DNA of 32,000 nucleotides from assembly GCA_942493095.1 (NCBI GenBank), contig OW818675.1, positions 1,290,001-1,322,000 of the forward strand, written 5' to 3'. How positions within the stretch are numbered: position 1 is the first letter of the stretch; every line of letters begins with the position of its first letter. Positions 18,049 through 27,099 of the stretch are shown here, one piece after another. The position numbers and the translations under genes are program-made. The DNA comes from Candidatus Electronema halotolerans. Its GTDB lineage: Bacteria > Desulfobacterota > Desulfobulbia > Desulfobulbales > Desulfobulbaceae. Below the pieces are notes generated by a model. The model was not told where the DNA came from. It did no database searches and saw nothing but the letters and a program-made list of their open reading frames with translations.

Positions 18049-20075
18049 AGAAACGCCTTCTTCTCCTGCTGCTGGCTGTCCTCATCTTTGCCGGGAGCGG
18101 TTTCTGGTTATACCTTCTCCAGCCGCTGCCGGACGGCATTCCTGTGCCCTGCTCGGCCCAAGCGGTTGATCAGCAGGGCAGACTGCTCCGGCTCTTCACC
18201 ACCGTTGACGGCTATTGGCGATTGCCCGCGCATTTAGACCATATTGACCCGCAGTTCACCCGCCTGCTCTTGGCCTGCGAGGACAAACGTTTCTGGTCGC
18301 ATCATGGCGTTGATCCGCTCGCTCTGGGCCGCGCCGTGCAACAGCTGATATGGCATGGCCGGATCATCTCCGGTGCTTCCACGATCACCATGCAAACCGT
18401 GCGCCTGCTTCATCCCCGGCCCCGCACCCTGCGCAGCAAGCTGATCGAAATGGCCGAGGCCCTGCGCTTGGAATGGCATCTGAGCAAACGGCAGATTCTC
18501 GAAACCTACCTGACCTTGGCACCCTATGGCGGCAACTTGGAAGGCATCGAGGCAGCTTGCCGTTTTTACTTTGAGAAAACGGCGGCCCAGCTCACGCCCT
18601 CTGAGGCGGCATTGCTGATCAGTCTGCCGCAGTCGCCGGAACGGCGGCGGCCTGACCGCCACCCGGACCAAGCCAAGGCGGCCCGCAACCAAGTGCTGGT
18701 CAGGCTCTTGGACAACGGGCAGCTCAGTGCCGAGCAGGCATCCTTGGCCCAAGCCCAGCCAGTGCCGGAGCGACGGCAGCGCGCCCCTTTTCTTGACCCG
18801 CAGCTCACTGGTCGGCTGCATGCCCTGTATCCGCACCGGGAACTGCTCCGAACCACGCTTGAGCAGCCGTTGCAGGAGAAGATGGAACGCATCGCCGCAC
18901 AGGCGCAGCAGCGGTTCAGCAGCCGGAAGCAGACGCTGGCTCTGCTGGTCGTGGACAATCAGAGCCGCCATGTGCTCGCTCATATCGGCTCCGGTGGCTG
19001 GCGGATCAGCAGCCTTGACCTGACCAAGGCACGTCGTTCGCCCGGCTCGGCCTTGAAGCCGTTCATCTATGGACTGGCCTTTGAGCAGGGCATTCTCCAC
19101 CCGGAAACCCTGATGTTGGATCAGCCGACACGCTTTGGCAGCTATGGCCCGGACAATTTTGACCGGCAACATCATGGCTGGATTCCGGCGCGGGAGGCCC
19201 TGCGCCGCTCCCTTAATCTGCCTGCGGTGCAGGTGCTGGACCGGCTGAGGCCGCAGCGGCTGGTGGCCCGCTTTGCCAAGCTGGGCGTAGTCTTGGGCAG
19301 CGGCAGACCGGAGGAGGAGCAGCCGGGCCTGTCCATTGCCTTGGGCGGCACCGCCATCACCCTGCGTGATCTGACTGCTCTTTATGCAGCCTTGGCCGAC
19401 CAGGGCCGCTACCTGCCCATCACCTTCAACCCTGCGGCCCGGCCCGGCCCGGAGCTGCGTCTGCTGGCTCCGACAGCCGCGTGGCAGATTGACCGCATTC
19501 TCCGCTCCATGCCCCGCTCAGGGGGCAGAATCCGCTACAAGACCGGCACCTCCTACGGCTTCCGCGATGCTTGGGCAATTGGCTACACCCAGCAGCACAC
19601 GGTCGGAGTCTGGGTCGGGCGGCCTGATGGCGGCTATGGCAAGCACCAGACCGGGGCCGCGCTGGCCGTGCCCATCCTCCTGCAAGTCTTTGCCGCTCTG
19701 CCGCAGCAGGCCGAAGAACTGGAGCGCATTCCTGCCGGAGTCAGGCGGCTGGCGCACAGCGAGCTGCCTCCGCATCTGCAATATTTCACGCAGTCAGCAC
19801 TGCCCGGACAGCCCAGCAGGCCGCATATCTATTTTCCTGTTGACGGCAGCACAGTGCAGCTTGGCAGCACGCCGCTTTTAGCTCTCAAGGCCCACGGCGG
19901 CGCACCGCCCTTCCACTGGCTGATCAACGGCCTGCCCCTGCCTGCGGAGCAGCAGAACGCCATTGCCTCCTGCGTCCCGCCGGGCGCGGGCATGACGGAA
20001 ATCACGCTGGTGGACAGCAGCGGCCAGCAGGACAAGGTCGCCGTGTGGGTGGAGATGGATGCGGCCATGCGTTGA
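18045..20075 (+). CDS. pbpC: Penicillin-binding protein 1C (transglycosylase/transpeptidase)
   Basis: Transglycosylase motifs EDKRFWSHHGVDP, GASTITMQTVRLL, EIL/QILETYLTLAPYGGNLEG. Transpeptidase motifs RSPGSALKPFIYG and YKTGTSYGFRDAWAIGYTQQHTVGVWVGR. C-terminal BiPBP-like region. Confidence 0.93.
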   Translation: MKKRLLLLLLAVLIFAGSGFWLYLLQPLPDGIPVPCSAQAVDQQGRLLRLFTTVDGYWRLPAHLDHIDPQFTRLLLACEDKRFWSHHGVDPLALGRAVQQLIWHGRIISGASTITMQTVRLLHPRPRTLRSKLIEMAEALRLEWHLSKRQILETYLTLAPYGGNLEGIEAACRFYFEKTAAQLTPSEAALLISLPQSPERRRPDRHPDQAKAARNQVLVRLLDNGQLSAEQASLAQAQPVPERRQRAPFLDPQLTGRLHALYPHRELLRTTLEQPLQEKMERIAAQAQQRFSSRKQTLALLVVDNQSRHVLAHIGSGGWRISSLDLTKARRSPGSALKPFIYGLAFEQGILHPETLMLDQPTRFGSYGPDNFDRQHHGWIPAREALRRSLNLPAVQVLDRLRPQRLVARFAKLGVVLGSGRPEEEQPGLSIALGGTAITLRDLTALYAALADQGRYLPITFNPAARPGPELRLLAPTAAWQIDRILRSMPRSGGRIRYKTGTSYGFRDAWAIGYTQQHTVGVWVGRPDGGYGKHQTGAALAVPILLQVFAALPQQAEELERIPAGVRRLAHSELPPHLQYFTQSALPGQPSRPHIYFPVDGSTVQLGSTPLLALKAHGGAPPFHWLINGLPLPAEQQNAIASCVPPGAGMTEITLVDSSGQQDKVAVWVEMDAAMR

Positions 20076-20085
20076 GAGCAGGAGG

Positions 20086-21546
20086 TCAAACGTGGACTTT
20101 GACTAACGTGCGGAGTCGTTCCAGCAGCTTTGCATGAATATTGTCAAATCCGCCATTGGAAAGAATGGCGATGACATCACCGCCCTGAACCTGTGCTAAG
20201 AGAAAAGCAAGAATCTCGTCCGTATCCGGGAAATACTCCGCCTGAATCCCTTGCCTCTTCAGAGCTGCTGCAAGCTGCTGCGAAGAAAAGCTGTCACCCT
20301 GCGCGGCCTGAGCAAGCGGGACAATCTCCCGGACAAGCACCATGTCCGCCCCGTTGAAAGCGGTCTCATAGTCGTGCTGAAAGACCGCCCGGCGGCTGGT
20401 GTTGGTGCGCGGTTCAAAGACCACCAGCAGACGGCGTTCCGGCCAGGCCAGCCGCAGCGCGCTGATGGTCTCCCGCACCGCAGTGGGATGATGGGCAAAA
20501 TCATCAATCACCGTGATGCCATTGACCTCGCCCCTGATCTGCTGCCGCCGCTTCACGCCCTCAAAGGTGGCCAGCCCGTGCTGAATTTCCTCTGCGCTCA
20601 GGCCGACATGCTCCAGCAGGGCAATCACGGCCAAGGCATTGAGCGCGTTATGCTTTCCCGGCATGGGCAGAAAAAACTCACCGAACAAGCTGCCATCCTT
20701 GTGCGCGGCAAAGGTTGCGCTGAGTCCCTTGGCTGTGAAATCCTTCAGTTGCCAGCGGCAATTTGCATCCCTGCCGTAGCTGATCACCCTTCCGGGACAA
20801 AGGGAAGCAATTTCCTCCACTAACGGATCATCCATGCAGCAGACCAACGCGCCTTCTGCTGGAATAAGCTGAACAAACTGGCGGAAGGAAGCCTTGATCT
20901 GCTCCAAATCGGCGAAAATGTCGGCATGATCAAACTCAATTGAGGTGAGAATGGCGTAATAGGGCCGGTAGTGGAGAAACTTGGACACCTTGTTGAAAAA
21001 GGCGGTGTCGTACTCATCCCCTTCAATGACAAAAAATTCGCTTTCGCCGATGCGGTAATTGCTGCTGAATGCCTCAACAATGCCGCCGATGAAAAAGCCG
21101 GGCGAGCGGTCAGCCCGGTGCAGGGCTGTGGCCAAGAGCGAGGAAGTTGTGGTCTTGCCGTGGGTGCCTGCCACGACCATCGGCCTGATGCTGTCAGGCA
21201 AAAAGAAATGCCTCAGAGCTTGGGGCATGGACAGATACGGAATGCGCAGCTCGGCCAGCCGTTCGGTTTCCGGGTAAATAGCCCGGATGACATTGCCGAC
21301 AATGACCAAGTCTGGGCGCGGCTCCAAGTTCTCCGGCCTGTAGCCCTGCATGACCGCGATGCCGCTGCGGGCAAGAAAGTCCGACATGGGCGGATAGACG
21401 TTCTGATCTGAGCCGCTGACCCTGTAGCCGCGCTCCTTGAGCATTCCGGCCAAGGCCGCCATTGCCGTGCCGCAGATGCCCATGAGATGCACGTGCCGAA
21501 TCTGCTCCGGCGCATGGTTGAGCTGCGGCTCAAGCTGCGCTGTCAT
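20086..21546 (-). CDS. mpl: UDP-N-acetylmuramate:L-alanyl-gamma-D-glutamyl-meso-diaminopimelate ligase
   Basis: HLMGICGTAMAALAGMLKERGYRVSGSDQNVYPPMS; VVAGTHGKTTTSSLLA; FVIEGDEYDTAFFNKVSKFLHYRP; VIDDFAHHPTAVRETI. Confidence 0.94.
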   Translation of the reverse strand: MTAQLEPQLNHAPEQIRHVHLMGICGTAMAALAGMLKERGYRVSGSDQNVYPPMSDFLARSGIAVMQGYRPENLEPRPDLVIVGNVIRAIYPETERLAELRIPYLSMPQALRHFFLPDSIRPMVVAGTHGKTTTSSLLATALHRADRSPGFFIGGIVEAFSSNYRIGESEFFVIEGDEYDTAFFNKVSKFLHYRPYYAILTSIEFDHADIFADLEQIKASFRQFVQLIPAEGALVCCMDDPLVEEIASLCPGRVISYGRDANCRWQLKDFTAKGLSATFAAHKDGSLFGEFFLPMPGKHNALNALAVIALLEHVGLSAEEIQHGLATFEGVKRRQQIRGEVNGITVIDDFAHHPTAVRETISALRLAWPERRLLVVFEPRTNTSRRAVFQHDYETAFNGADMVLVREIVPLAQAAQGDSFSSQQLAAALKRQGIQAEYFPDTDEILAFLLAQVQGGDVIAILSNGGFDNIHAKLLERLRTLVKVHV

Positions 21547-21754
21547 GATGCAGCTCCTCTGCTGACTGCTTCACGGTCTTGAAAATTTTCTCGTAATTTT
21601 CCTCAAAATTGCCCGGAGTTACCCTGCCGATTTCAATGAATTTGACCATGATTTCCTTGGTTGTTTTCAAAATAGCCTCATCGGTCACAGGACGGGTGAA
21701 GGACGGTCTTTTCTGCTGCTCAGGCATGATGTTCATGAAAAAGAAGGGATGCAA
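21530..21754 (-). CDS. Small conserved-type hypothetical protein upstream of mpl
   Basis: 74-aa ORF overlapping the mpl start, same strand. Plausible composition (ETTKEIMVKFIEIGRVTPGNFEENYEKIFKTVKQS region). Confidence 0.5.
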   Translation of the reverse strand: MHPFFFMNIMPEQQKRPSFTRPVTDEAILKTTKEIMVKFIEIGRVTPGNFEENYEKIFKTVKQSAEELHHDSAA

Positions 21755-22043
21755 AGAACCCCTGCCGCCGCGAAGAAGGCCAATTCCAGTTTGGCGGCAA
21801 GGGCTGTCTCACACAGGAAAAACCTTTTCAGCACTTCCTGGGAGGAAAAAATGACTGCGGGTTTTATACTCCATGCCTGCCAGCGGCGCAAGGGCTGGGA
21901 CGGCAGTCCTGACGGCTGTCTCCCCATTTTTCATGCCAAGAAAAACCGTCAGCCACAGGAGAACTCTTGCCAAGCCGGGTTTGCCGGAATATTATGGCCA
22001 AAGCGGATTTTTCGCTGGAACTGCTTATTCAAGGAGAGAGGGC

Positions 22044-22670
22044 GTGAAACTGACAGGGCGTGTGTGTATCACTGGCCTGCTGGGGCTGGCGGTTCTGACC
22101 GGCGGCTGCGGCAGGATGAGGGACAACAGACTTGAGCAGCCTGCTTTCAAGCTGCAATGCGCGGCAGTGCTGCCTGCGCAGGCTGCGGCTGATGCAGACC
22201 AGCCGCTGACCGCTGCCGAGGAGCGGCTGCTGCGGCAGGAGGCTGAGGTCTTGGATAAGGTCTTGAGTGATCATTTCGCAGGCAGAAATGACATCAAAAT
22301 GATCAGTCACGAGCAGGCTGGAAAGGCTGTCGGCCCTCGGCAGGCTTTGGAGCGGGCCAAGAGGATTGCGGCCCAGTCCGGCTGCAATGCAGTGCTGGAG
22401 ACTGCCGCGCATCGCTACAAGGAGCGGGTTGGCGGCGAATATGCTGCTGAGGAGCCTGCGGCTGCCGCCTTTTCCTGGCGGCTTCTGGCCATGCCGGAAG
22501 GCGAGGTGCTCTGTCATGGCCGCTTTGACGAGGAGCAGCAGCCGCTCTTTGCCAACCTGCTCAATTTTGGCCGCAGCGCGGAAAATTCCTTCACTTGGGT
22601 GACAGCGGAACGGCTGCTGTCCCAAAATTTGCGCGAGCAGCTTGCGGACTGTCCGTATTTGAAAAAATAA
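22044..22670 (+). CDS. Predicted lipoprotein of unknown function
   Basis: GTG start preceded by AAGGAGAG. MKLTGRVCITGLLGLAVLTGGC lipobox. Track ORF start 21873 is an upstream extension. Confidence 0.7.
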   Translation: MKLTGRVCITGLLGLAVLTGGCGRMRDNRLEQPAFKLQCAAVLPAQAAADADQPLTAAEERLLRQEAEVLDKVLSDHFAGRNDIKMISHEQAGKAVGPRQALERAKRIAAQSGCNAVLETAAHRYKERVGGEYAAEEPAAAAFSWRLLAMPEGEVLCHGRFDEEQQPLFANLLNFGRSAENSFTWVTAERLLSQNLREQLADCPYLKK

Positions 22671-22697
22671 CCTGACCGCCACACTGCTGTCCTGCGC

Positions 22698-23462
22698 ATG
22701 AGAGGCATTCTCACGGCTGGCCAAAACCGGCGTGTTGCCCAAGCCATGCTTGCTTACCAGATGCTGGCGGCAGGCGACCGGGTGCTGATCGCCGTGTCCG
22801 GCGGCCTTGACTCCTTGGTCTTGGCATGGCTCCTGCATGACTGGCAGCGGAAAACGCCTTTTGTCTATGATGTGCAGGCCGTGCATATTGACATGGCAGC
22901 AGGCGATGGCCAGCCCGGCTGTCGGGCGGCGCAGACTGCGGCGCAGTTGGCCGCGCTCGGCATTCCCTGCACGATTTTGCCCGCAGAACAGCCGATCAGG
23001 CTGACTGAAGGAGCTGATCCGAAAGGAATTTGCCATCACTGCGCCCGCGCCCGGCGGCGGCAGCTCTTTGAGCTGGCTCGGCAGGAGGGCTTCAGCAGCC
23101 TGGCTCTGGGGCATCATCGGGACGACATTGTGGAAACCTTTTTCATCAACCTCACGTCTGGCGGCAATATCAGCACCATGCGCCCCAAGCAGGAGCTGTT
23201 CTCTGGCAGGCTGGCCCTGCTCCGGCCCTTGGCCTATTTGTGCAAGGAGGAGATACAGGCCATTGCCCAGCGGCTGGGGCTGACAGCAGTGCCTTCCAAC
23301 TGCCCCTTGGCGGAGCAGACCCGACGAACCGACATCCGCAGTCTGCTGGCGCATATTTACCAGCAGCTTCCCGGCAGCCGGGAGCAGATATTTGCCGCGC
23401 TCGGCAATGTGCGGTCAGAATACTTATTGATTCAGGAAGATCACCATGCGGACAAGTCTTGA
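22698..23462 (+). CDS. TtcA-family PP-loop ATPase (tRNA 2-thiolation-like)
   Basis: PP-loop VSGGLDSLVLAWLL, ICHHCARARRRQLFELARQEGFSSLALGHHRDDIVETFFINL, third Cys in SNCP. Confidence 0.8.
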   Translation: MRGILTAGQNRRVAQAMLAYQMLAAGDRVLIAVSGGLDSLVLAWLLHDWQRKTPFVYDVQAVHIDMAAGDGQPGCRAAQTAAQLAALGIPCTILPAEQPIRLTEGADPKGICHHCARARRRQLFELARQEGFSSLALGHHRDDIVETFFINLTSGGNISTMRPKQELFSGRLALLRPLAYLCKEEIQAIAQRLGLTAVPSNCPLAEQTRRTDIRSLLAHIYQQLPGSREQIFAALGNVRSEYLLIQEDHHADKS

Positions 23463-24333
23463 TTGTCTGGTTTGTTATCTCCGCCAGGCCAGATCGCTGG
23501 GCCTGCGCACCAGCACGGATTTGGCAGTGCAGCGGCGGCTGCTGGACGAGACAGGCCGATTTCTTGCCACAGTTGACACTGACCTGCCGCCGCCGGAAAA
23601 TTCAGGCCGTCTCTATCCGCTCTTTGCCAAGGTTTTAGGAACAGCTGATCCCTTTGCTCAAGTCAAGGAGGAGAGCAATGCCTTGGCTCTGTCCCTGCGT
23701 GAGGAAATCCGCCAGCGGATTGAGCAGGCTGATGATTCGCTGCGGGCGGCAGTGCGGGCTGCGATTGGCGGCAATATTATTGATTACGGCTCACTGCACA
23801 ATTTTGATGTGGCGCAGACCATGCAGGACTGCTTTGCCCGCGACTTTGCTGTAGATGACTATCCGGCCCTGCGGCAGGCGGTCAGCACAAAAGGGCGGAA
23901 AGTTCTTTATCTCTGCGACAACAGCGGCGAGATTGTCTTTGACGGCCTGCTGATTGAGCAGCTTCAGCAGCTGGGCTGCCACGTCACGACAGCAGTGCGC
24001 GAATCGCCGATTATTAACGATGCCACTTTGGCCGATGCCCGCGCCTGCGGCTTGGATCAACTCTGCCCGGTGATCAGCAGCGGCATGTCCTGTCCAGGCA
24101 CAGTGCTGTCGCAGTGCAGCGAGGAATTTCTGACCCATTTTCAAGCTGCTGACCTGATCATCAGCAAGGGCATGGGCAATTTTGAAAGCCTGTCTGATCA
24201 GGCCGCGCCGCTCTTTTTTCTGCTTACCGTTAAATGCGCTGAGGTGGTTCGGTATATCCAAGAGAAGCGGCAGCTTGCCCCCGGCATCTTACAGGGCAAG
24301 GGCGAGATGGTTCTGCTGCGGCAGCAGCTCTGA
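23446..24333 (+). CDS. DUF89/ARMT1-like damage-control phosphatase family protein
   Basis: MRTSLDCLVCYLRQA ... VLYLCDNSGEIVFDGLLIEQL ... DLIISKGMGNFESL are classic DUF89 motifs. Confidence 0.88.
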   Translation: MRTSLDCLVCYLRQARSLGLRTSTDLAVQRRLLDETGRFLATVDTDLPPPENSGRLYPLFAKVLGTADPFAQVKEESNALALSLREEIRQRIEQADDSLRAAVRAAIGGNIIDYGSLHNFDVAQTMQDCFARDFAVDDYPALRQAVSTKGRKVLYLCDNSGEIVFDGLLIEQLQQLGCHVTTAVRESPIINDATLADARACGLDQLCPVISSGMSCPGTVLSQCSEEFLTHFQAADLIISKGMGNFESLSDQAAPLFFLLTVKCAEVVRYIQEKRQLAPGILQGKGEMVLLRQQL

Positions 24334-24440
24334 TAGCAAAGGAAAGAATGGCCTGCTTCCTGCGGAACAGGCTGTGGTGATGTCAACATAATCAGATGGT
24401 GCAGGAAAAAACCGTCTGATACAAACTCTGCATAACGATT

Positions 24441-25160
24441 ATGAACAAGAATGGCATAGAGAAAGTCTATAATCAATATTCGGCTGTGTATGATAAAATA
24501 TTTGGCCGGGTCTATGAGAATGGACGCAATGAAGCAGTCAAGATGATCTCGCTAAATGGCCAAGAACAAATCTTGGAGATCGGAGTCGGCACCGGCATCA
24601 GCCTGACTAAATATCCAAAAAATGTTGGCATCGTCGGCATTGATCTGTCTAAAGACATGCTGGAAAAAGCCAAAGACCGGGTGAATAAATACGGACTGAA
24701 TAATGTTGAGCTGAAAATAGAAAATGCGGAGGAGATGTCCTTTGCCGAGAATCAGTTTGACAAGGTCATCATCATGTATGTCCTTTCTGTTACGCCCAAT
24801 CCTGAGCGGCTCATCGACAAGGCCTTCAGTGTCTGCAAGGAGGGCGGTGAAGTTCTTATCGTCAATCATTTCAGCAAGCGACGTGCTCTGCGCAAATTTG
24901 CCGACTATGACTTTCTTCAGCGGGTGGAGCGCAGGCTCGGCTTCCGGGTCTATTTCCCTATGGACAAGTATATTCAGCACATCAACCGGCTGGGCTATTC
25001 CTTAGTTGAGGTGAAAAAAGTCAACTACGGTTTGTCGCGCATCATCCGGGTCAGGAAGGAGCGGACAGGCGCGCAGCCGCATTTTGATGACTGCGCGATG
25101 CCGATCATGCCGCCGCCCGCCTCGGTTGTTGACCGCCCGCTCAACGGCCAGAGAATCTGA
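24441..25160 (+). CDS. Class I SAM-dependent methyltransferase (PmtA/UbiE-like)
   Basis: ILEIGVGTGISLTKYPKNVGIVGIDLSKDMLEKAKDRV; NAEEMSFAENQFDKVIIMYVLSVTPNP. Confidence 0.88.
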   Translation: MNKNGIEKVYNQYSAVYDKIFGRVYENGRNEAVKMISLNGQEQILEIGVGTGISLTKYPKNVGIVGIDLSKDMLEKAKDRVNKYGLNNVELKIENAEEMSFAENQFDKVIIMYVLSVTPNPERLIDKAFSVCKEGGEVLIVNHFSKRRALRKFADYDFLQRVERRLGFRVYFPMDKYIQHINRLGYSLVEVKKVNYGLSRIIRVRKERTGAQPHFDDCAMPIMPPPASVVDRPLNGQRI

Positions 25161-25182
25161 GCGCAGGCAGGATGCCTGATGC

Positions 25183-25297
25183 GAAGCTGTCATGATACGT
25201 ATAACGAATCTGTCATTATAGGTGTCATGACTTTGTCGTTATAGGTATAACGAAGCTGTCGTGATACCTATCATGAATTTGCCGTGATATGTATCAT
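25183..25297. repeat. Five tandem 23-bp imperfect repeats, each containing a palindromic 14-mer (RTKATANNTATMAY-like)
   Basis: gaagctgtcatgatacgtataac / gaatctgtcattataggtgtcat / gactttgtcgttataggtataac / gaagctgtcgtgatacctatcat / gaatttgccgtgatatgtatcat, contiguous without gaps. Confidence 0.85.
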
Positions 25298-25372
25298 GAC
25301 GCAAAAAGGCTTGGCATGTTTGACGCGGGCAGATTGGAGCAGAGAGCAGACGGACAGAGCATCTGAGTACAC

Positions 25373-26047
25373 ATGAATACAGTCATTGTCATCCCAGTTT
25401 ATAACGAGGCCAAGGTCATCGGCGAGGTGATTGAGGGCGTGCGGGCGCAGGGCTTTGAGCATGTTGTGGTCGTCGATGACGGCAGCAGGGATGACAGCTT
25501 TGTGGTCGCATCCGCTCACGATGCCCTGACTCTGCGGCTGAAGATCAACCGGGGCAAGGGCGCGGCAGTGAAGACCGGCATCATGGCCGCCAATCTTCTT
25601 GATGCGGATGTTGTCGTGACTATGGACGGCGACGGACAGCACGATCCGGCGGATATCCGTCCCCTGATCACCCCGATTCTGGCAGGCCGGAGCGATGTGG
25701 TGCTTGGCTCGCGCCTGCTCAAACGGGAGGCGATGCCCTTCAAGAAGGTCATTGCCAACCGCATCGGCAATGTGCTGACGTGGCTTTTCTACGGCCTGCT
25801 GGTCTCAGACAGTCAGTCCGGCTTCCGGGCCTATTCTCGTTACGCCGCCTTGATCATTGACACTAAAGCGGATAAATACGAATATGACAGCAAAGTCATC
25901 CGGGAGATCAAGAACAACCGGCTGCGCTTCACCGAAGTGCCGGTGCATACCCGCTACACCGAATACGCGAGCACAAAAAAGACCAAGCAGGGCTTGATCA
26001 ACGGGCTGATCACCCTGTACCGGATGATCTGGAAGCTGATTGCCTGA
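25373..26047 (+). CDS. GT2-family glycosyltransferase (dolichyl-phosphate mannosyltransferase-like)
   Basis: VIVIPVYNEAKVIGEVIEGVRAQGFEHVVVVDDGSRDDS; VVVTMDGDGQHDPADI; SDSQSGFRAYSR. Confidence 0.92.
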   Translation: MNTVIVIPVYNEAKVIGEVIEGVRAQGFEHVVVVDDGSRDDSFVVASAHDALTLRLKINRGKGAAVKTGIMAANLLDADVVVTMDGDGQHDPADIRPLITPILAGRSDVVLGSRLLKREAMPFKKVIANRIGNVLTWLFYGLLVSDSQSGFRAYSRYAALIIDTKADKYEYDSKVIREIKNNRLRFTEVPVHTRYTEYASTKKTKQGLINGLITLYRMIWKLIA

Positions 26048-26461
26048 GTGCAGAGGAGAAACAGAAACGTGCATCTGTATCAAGTAATAGTGGTGGCAAT
26101 TTCATCAGTCATGCTCTATCTCGGCATCAAGGAGTTTGTCAATCGGGAGACCGGCCAGACCCTGCTCAAGCTGGCAGTGCGGCTGGTGGTCTGGGGCGGC
26201 ATGGGCTTAGTCGCCATCTACCCGGATTTCACCCTGATCCTTGCCCGGATCATGGGCGTGGTGGACAATTTCAATGCCGTGGTCCTGATGGGCTTTCTCC
26301 TTGTTTTCCTGCTGATCTTCAAGCTGCTTTCCGCGATTGAGAAGGTTGAGCAGAACATCTCGGAACTGACCCGGAAAGAGGCCTTGAACGAGGCGCACAA
26401 GCGCATTGAGGAGCTGCGGCAGGAAATCAAGGCCAAGAAGAAAGAGCGGGAGACCAGCTGA
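26048..26461 (+). CDS. DUF2304-domain membrane protein
   Basis: Immediately downstream of GT2. Three hydrophobic helices then a charged coiled tail (VEQNISELTRKEAL). Start probably the GTG/ATG near 26070-26100 rather than 26048. Confidence 0.8.
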   Translation: MQRRNRNVHLYQVIVVAISSVMLYLGIKEFVNRETGQTLLKLAVRLVVWGGMGLVAIYPDFTLILARIMGVVDNFNAVVLMGFLLVFLLIFKLLSAIEKVEQNISELTRKEALNEAHKRIEELRQEIKAKKKERETS

Positions 26462-26566
26462 TCCGTTTCAAGCCTGCCTTGCATTCAAGAGCAAAGAACG
26501 GTATGATGCGTTGTTCCGATGCAGCATGATGTTTCCTTAACTCTTTTCCGCAAAGGAGAAACAACA

Positions 26567-26986
26567 ATGATTGAAATCGACAGACGGGATTTTCTCAAGA
26601 CTGCCGCCGCTGCAACTGCCGCCGCTGCGGCTGGTTCTGCTGTGTCCGCCTTTGCCGCCGAGGAGGCTGCGCCGTCGCTGCCCGGCATCATCTACACCAA
26701 AGAGCAGCAGGGCCGATGGGAAGGCAAAGCAGGCGGCCATGCCCCGCAGATCACCGTTGAAGGCGGAAAAGTTTCTCTGATTACCGCTCATCCCATGACA
26801 GCGGCACACTTCATTGTCCGGCACACGCTTGTGCTTGCTGACGGCACGGTTGTCGGCGACAAGACCTTCACGCCCAGCGACAAGCCGGAATCCTCCTACG
26901 AGCTGCCCAAGGACTACAAGGGCAAAATTTGCGCCACCAGCTTCTGCAATCTGCATGATTTCTGGTTGAGCGAGGCCATTGTCTGA
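26567..26986 (+). CDS. Tat-exported superoxide-reductase (desulfoferrodoxin/neelaredoxin)-like protein
   Basis: RRDFLKTAAAATAAAAAGSAVSAFA Tat signal, then GGHAP, HPMTAAHFI and CNLHDFW supplying the 4 His + 1 Cys ligand set of SOR. Confidence 0.85.
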   Translation: MIEIDRRDFLKTAAAATAAAAAGSAVSAFAAEEAAPSLPGIIYTKEQQGRWEGKAGGHAPQITVEGGKVSLITAHPMTAAHFIVRHTLVLADGTVVGDKTFTPSDKPESSYELPKDYKGKICATSFCNLHDFWLSEAIV

Positions 26987-27099
26987 GCACCGCCCTGTCC
27001 TTTGTCTTGGCCGAGCCGCACCAGTTTTGATGGTGCGGCTTTTTTTTCCTTTGCCCCTGCCGAGTTCTGCCCTGCGTTGCCGCAGTTGAGTTCTGACGC

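Noticed and set aside
18234-19175. 313-aa minus-strand ORF
   Set aside because: Antisense to pbpC, whose catalytic motifs are intact in the plus frame.
21749-22135. 128-aa plus-strand ORF across the 21.75-22.13 kb gap
   Set aside because: It overlaps the better supported GTG-start lipoprotein gene and shows no recognisable domain.
22029-23354. 441-aa minus-strand ORF
   Set aside because: Antisense to the lipoprotein and TtcA-like genes. No family motifs.
25183-25297. 23-bp repeats as a mini-CRISPR
   Set aside because: Units are contiguous with no spacers and differ at many positions. No cas genes nearby.
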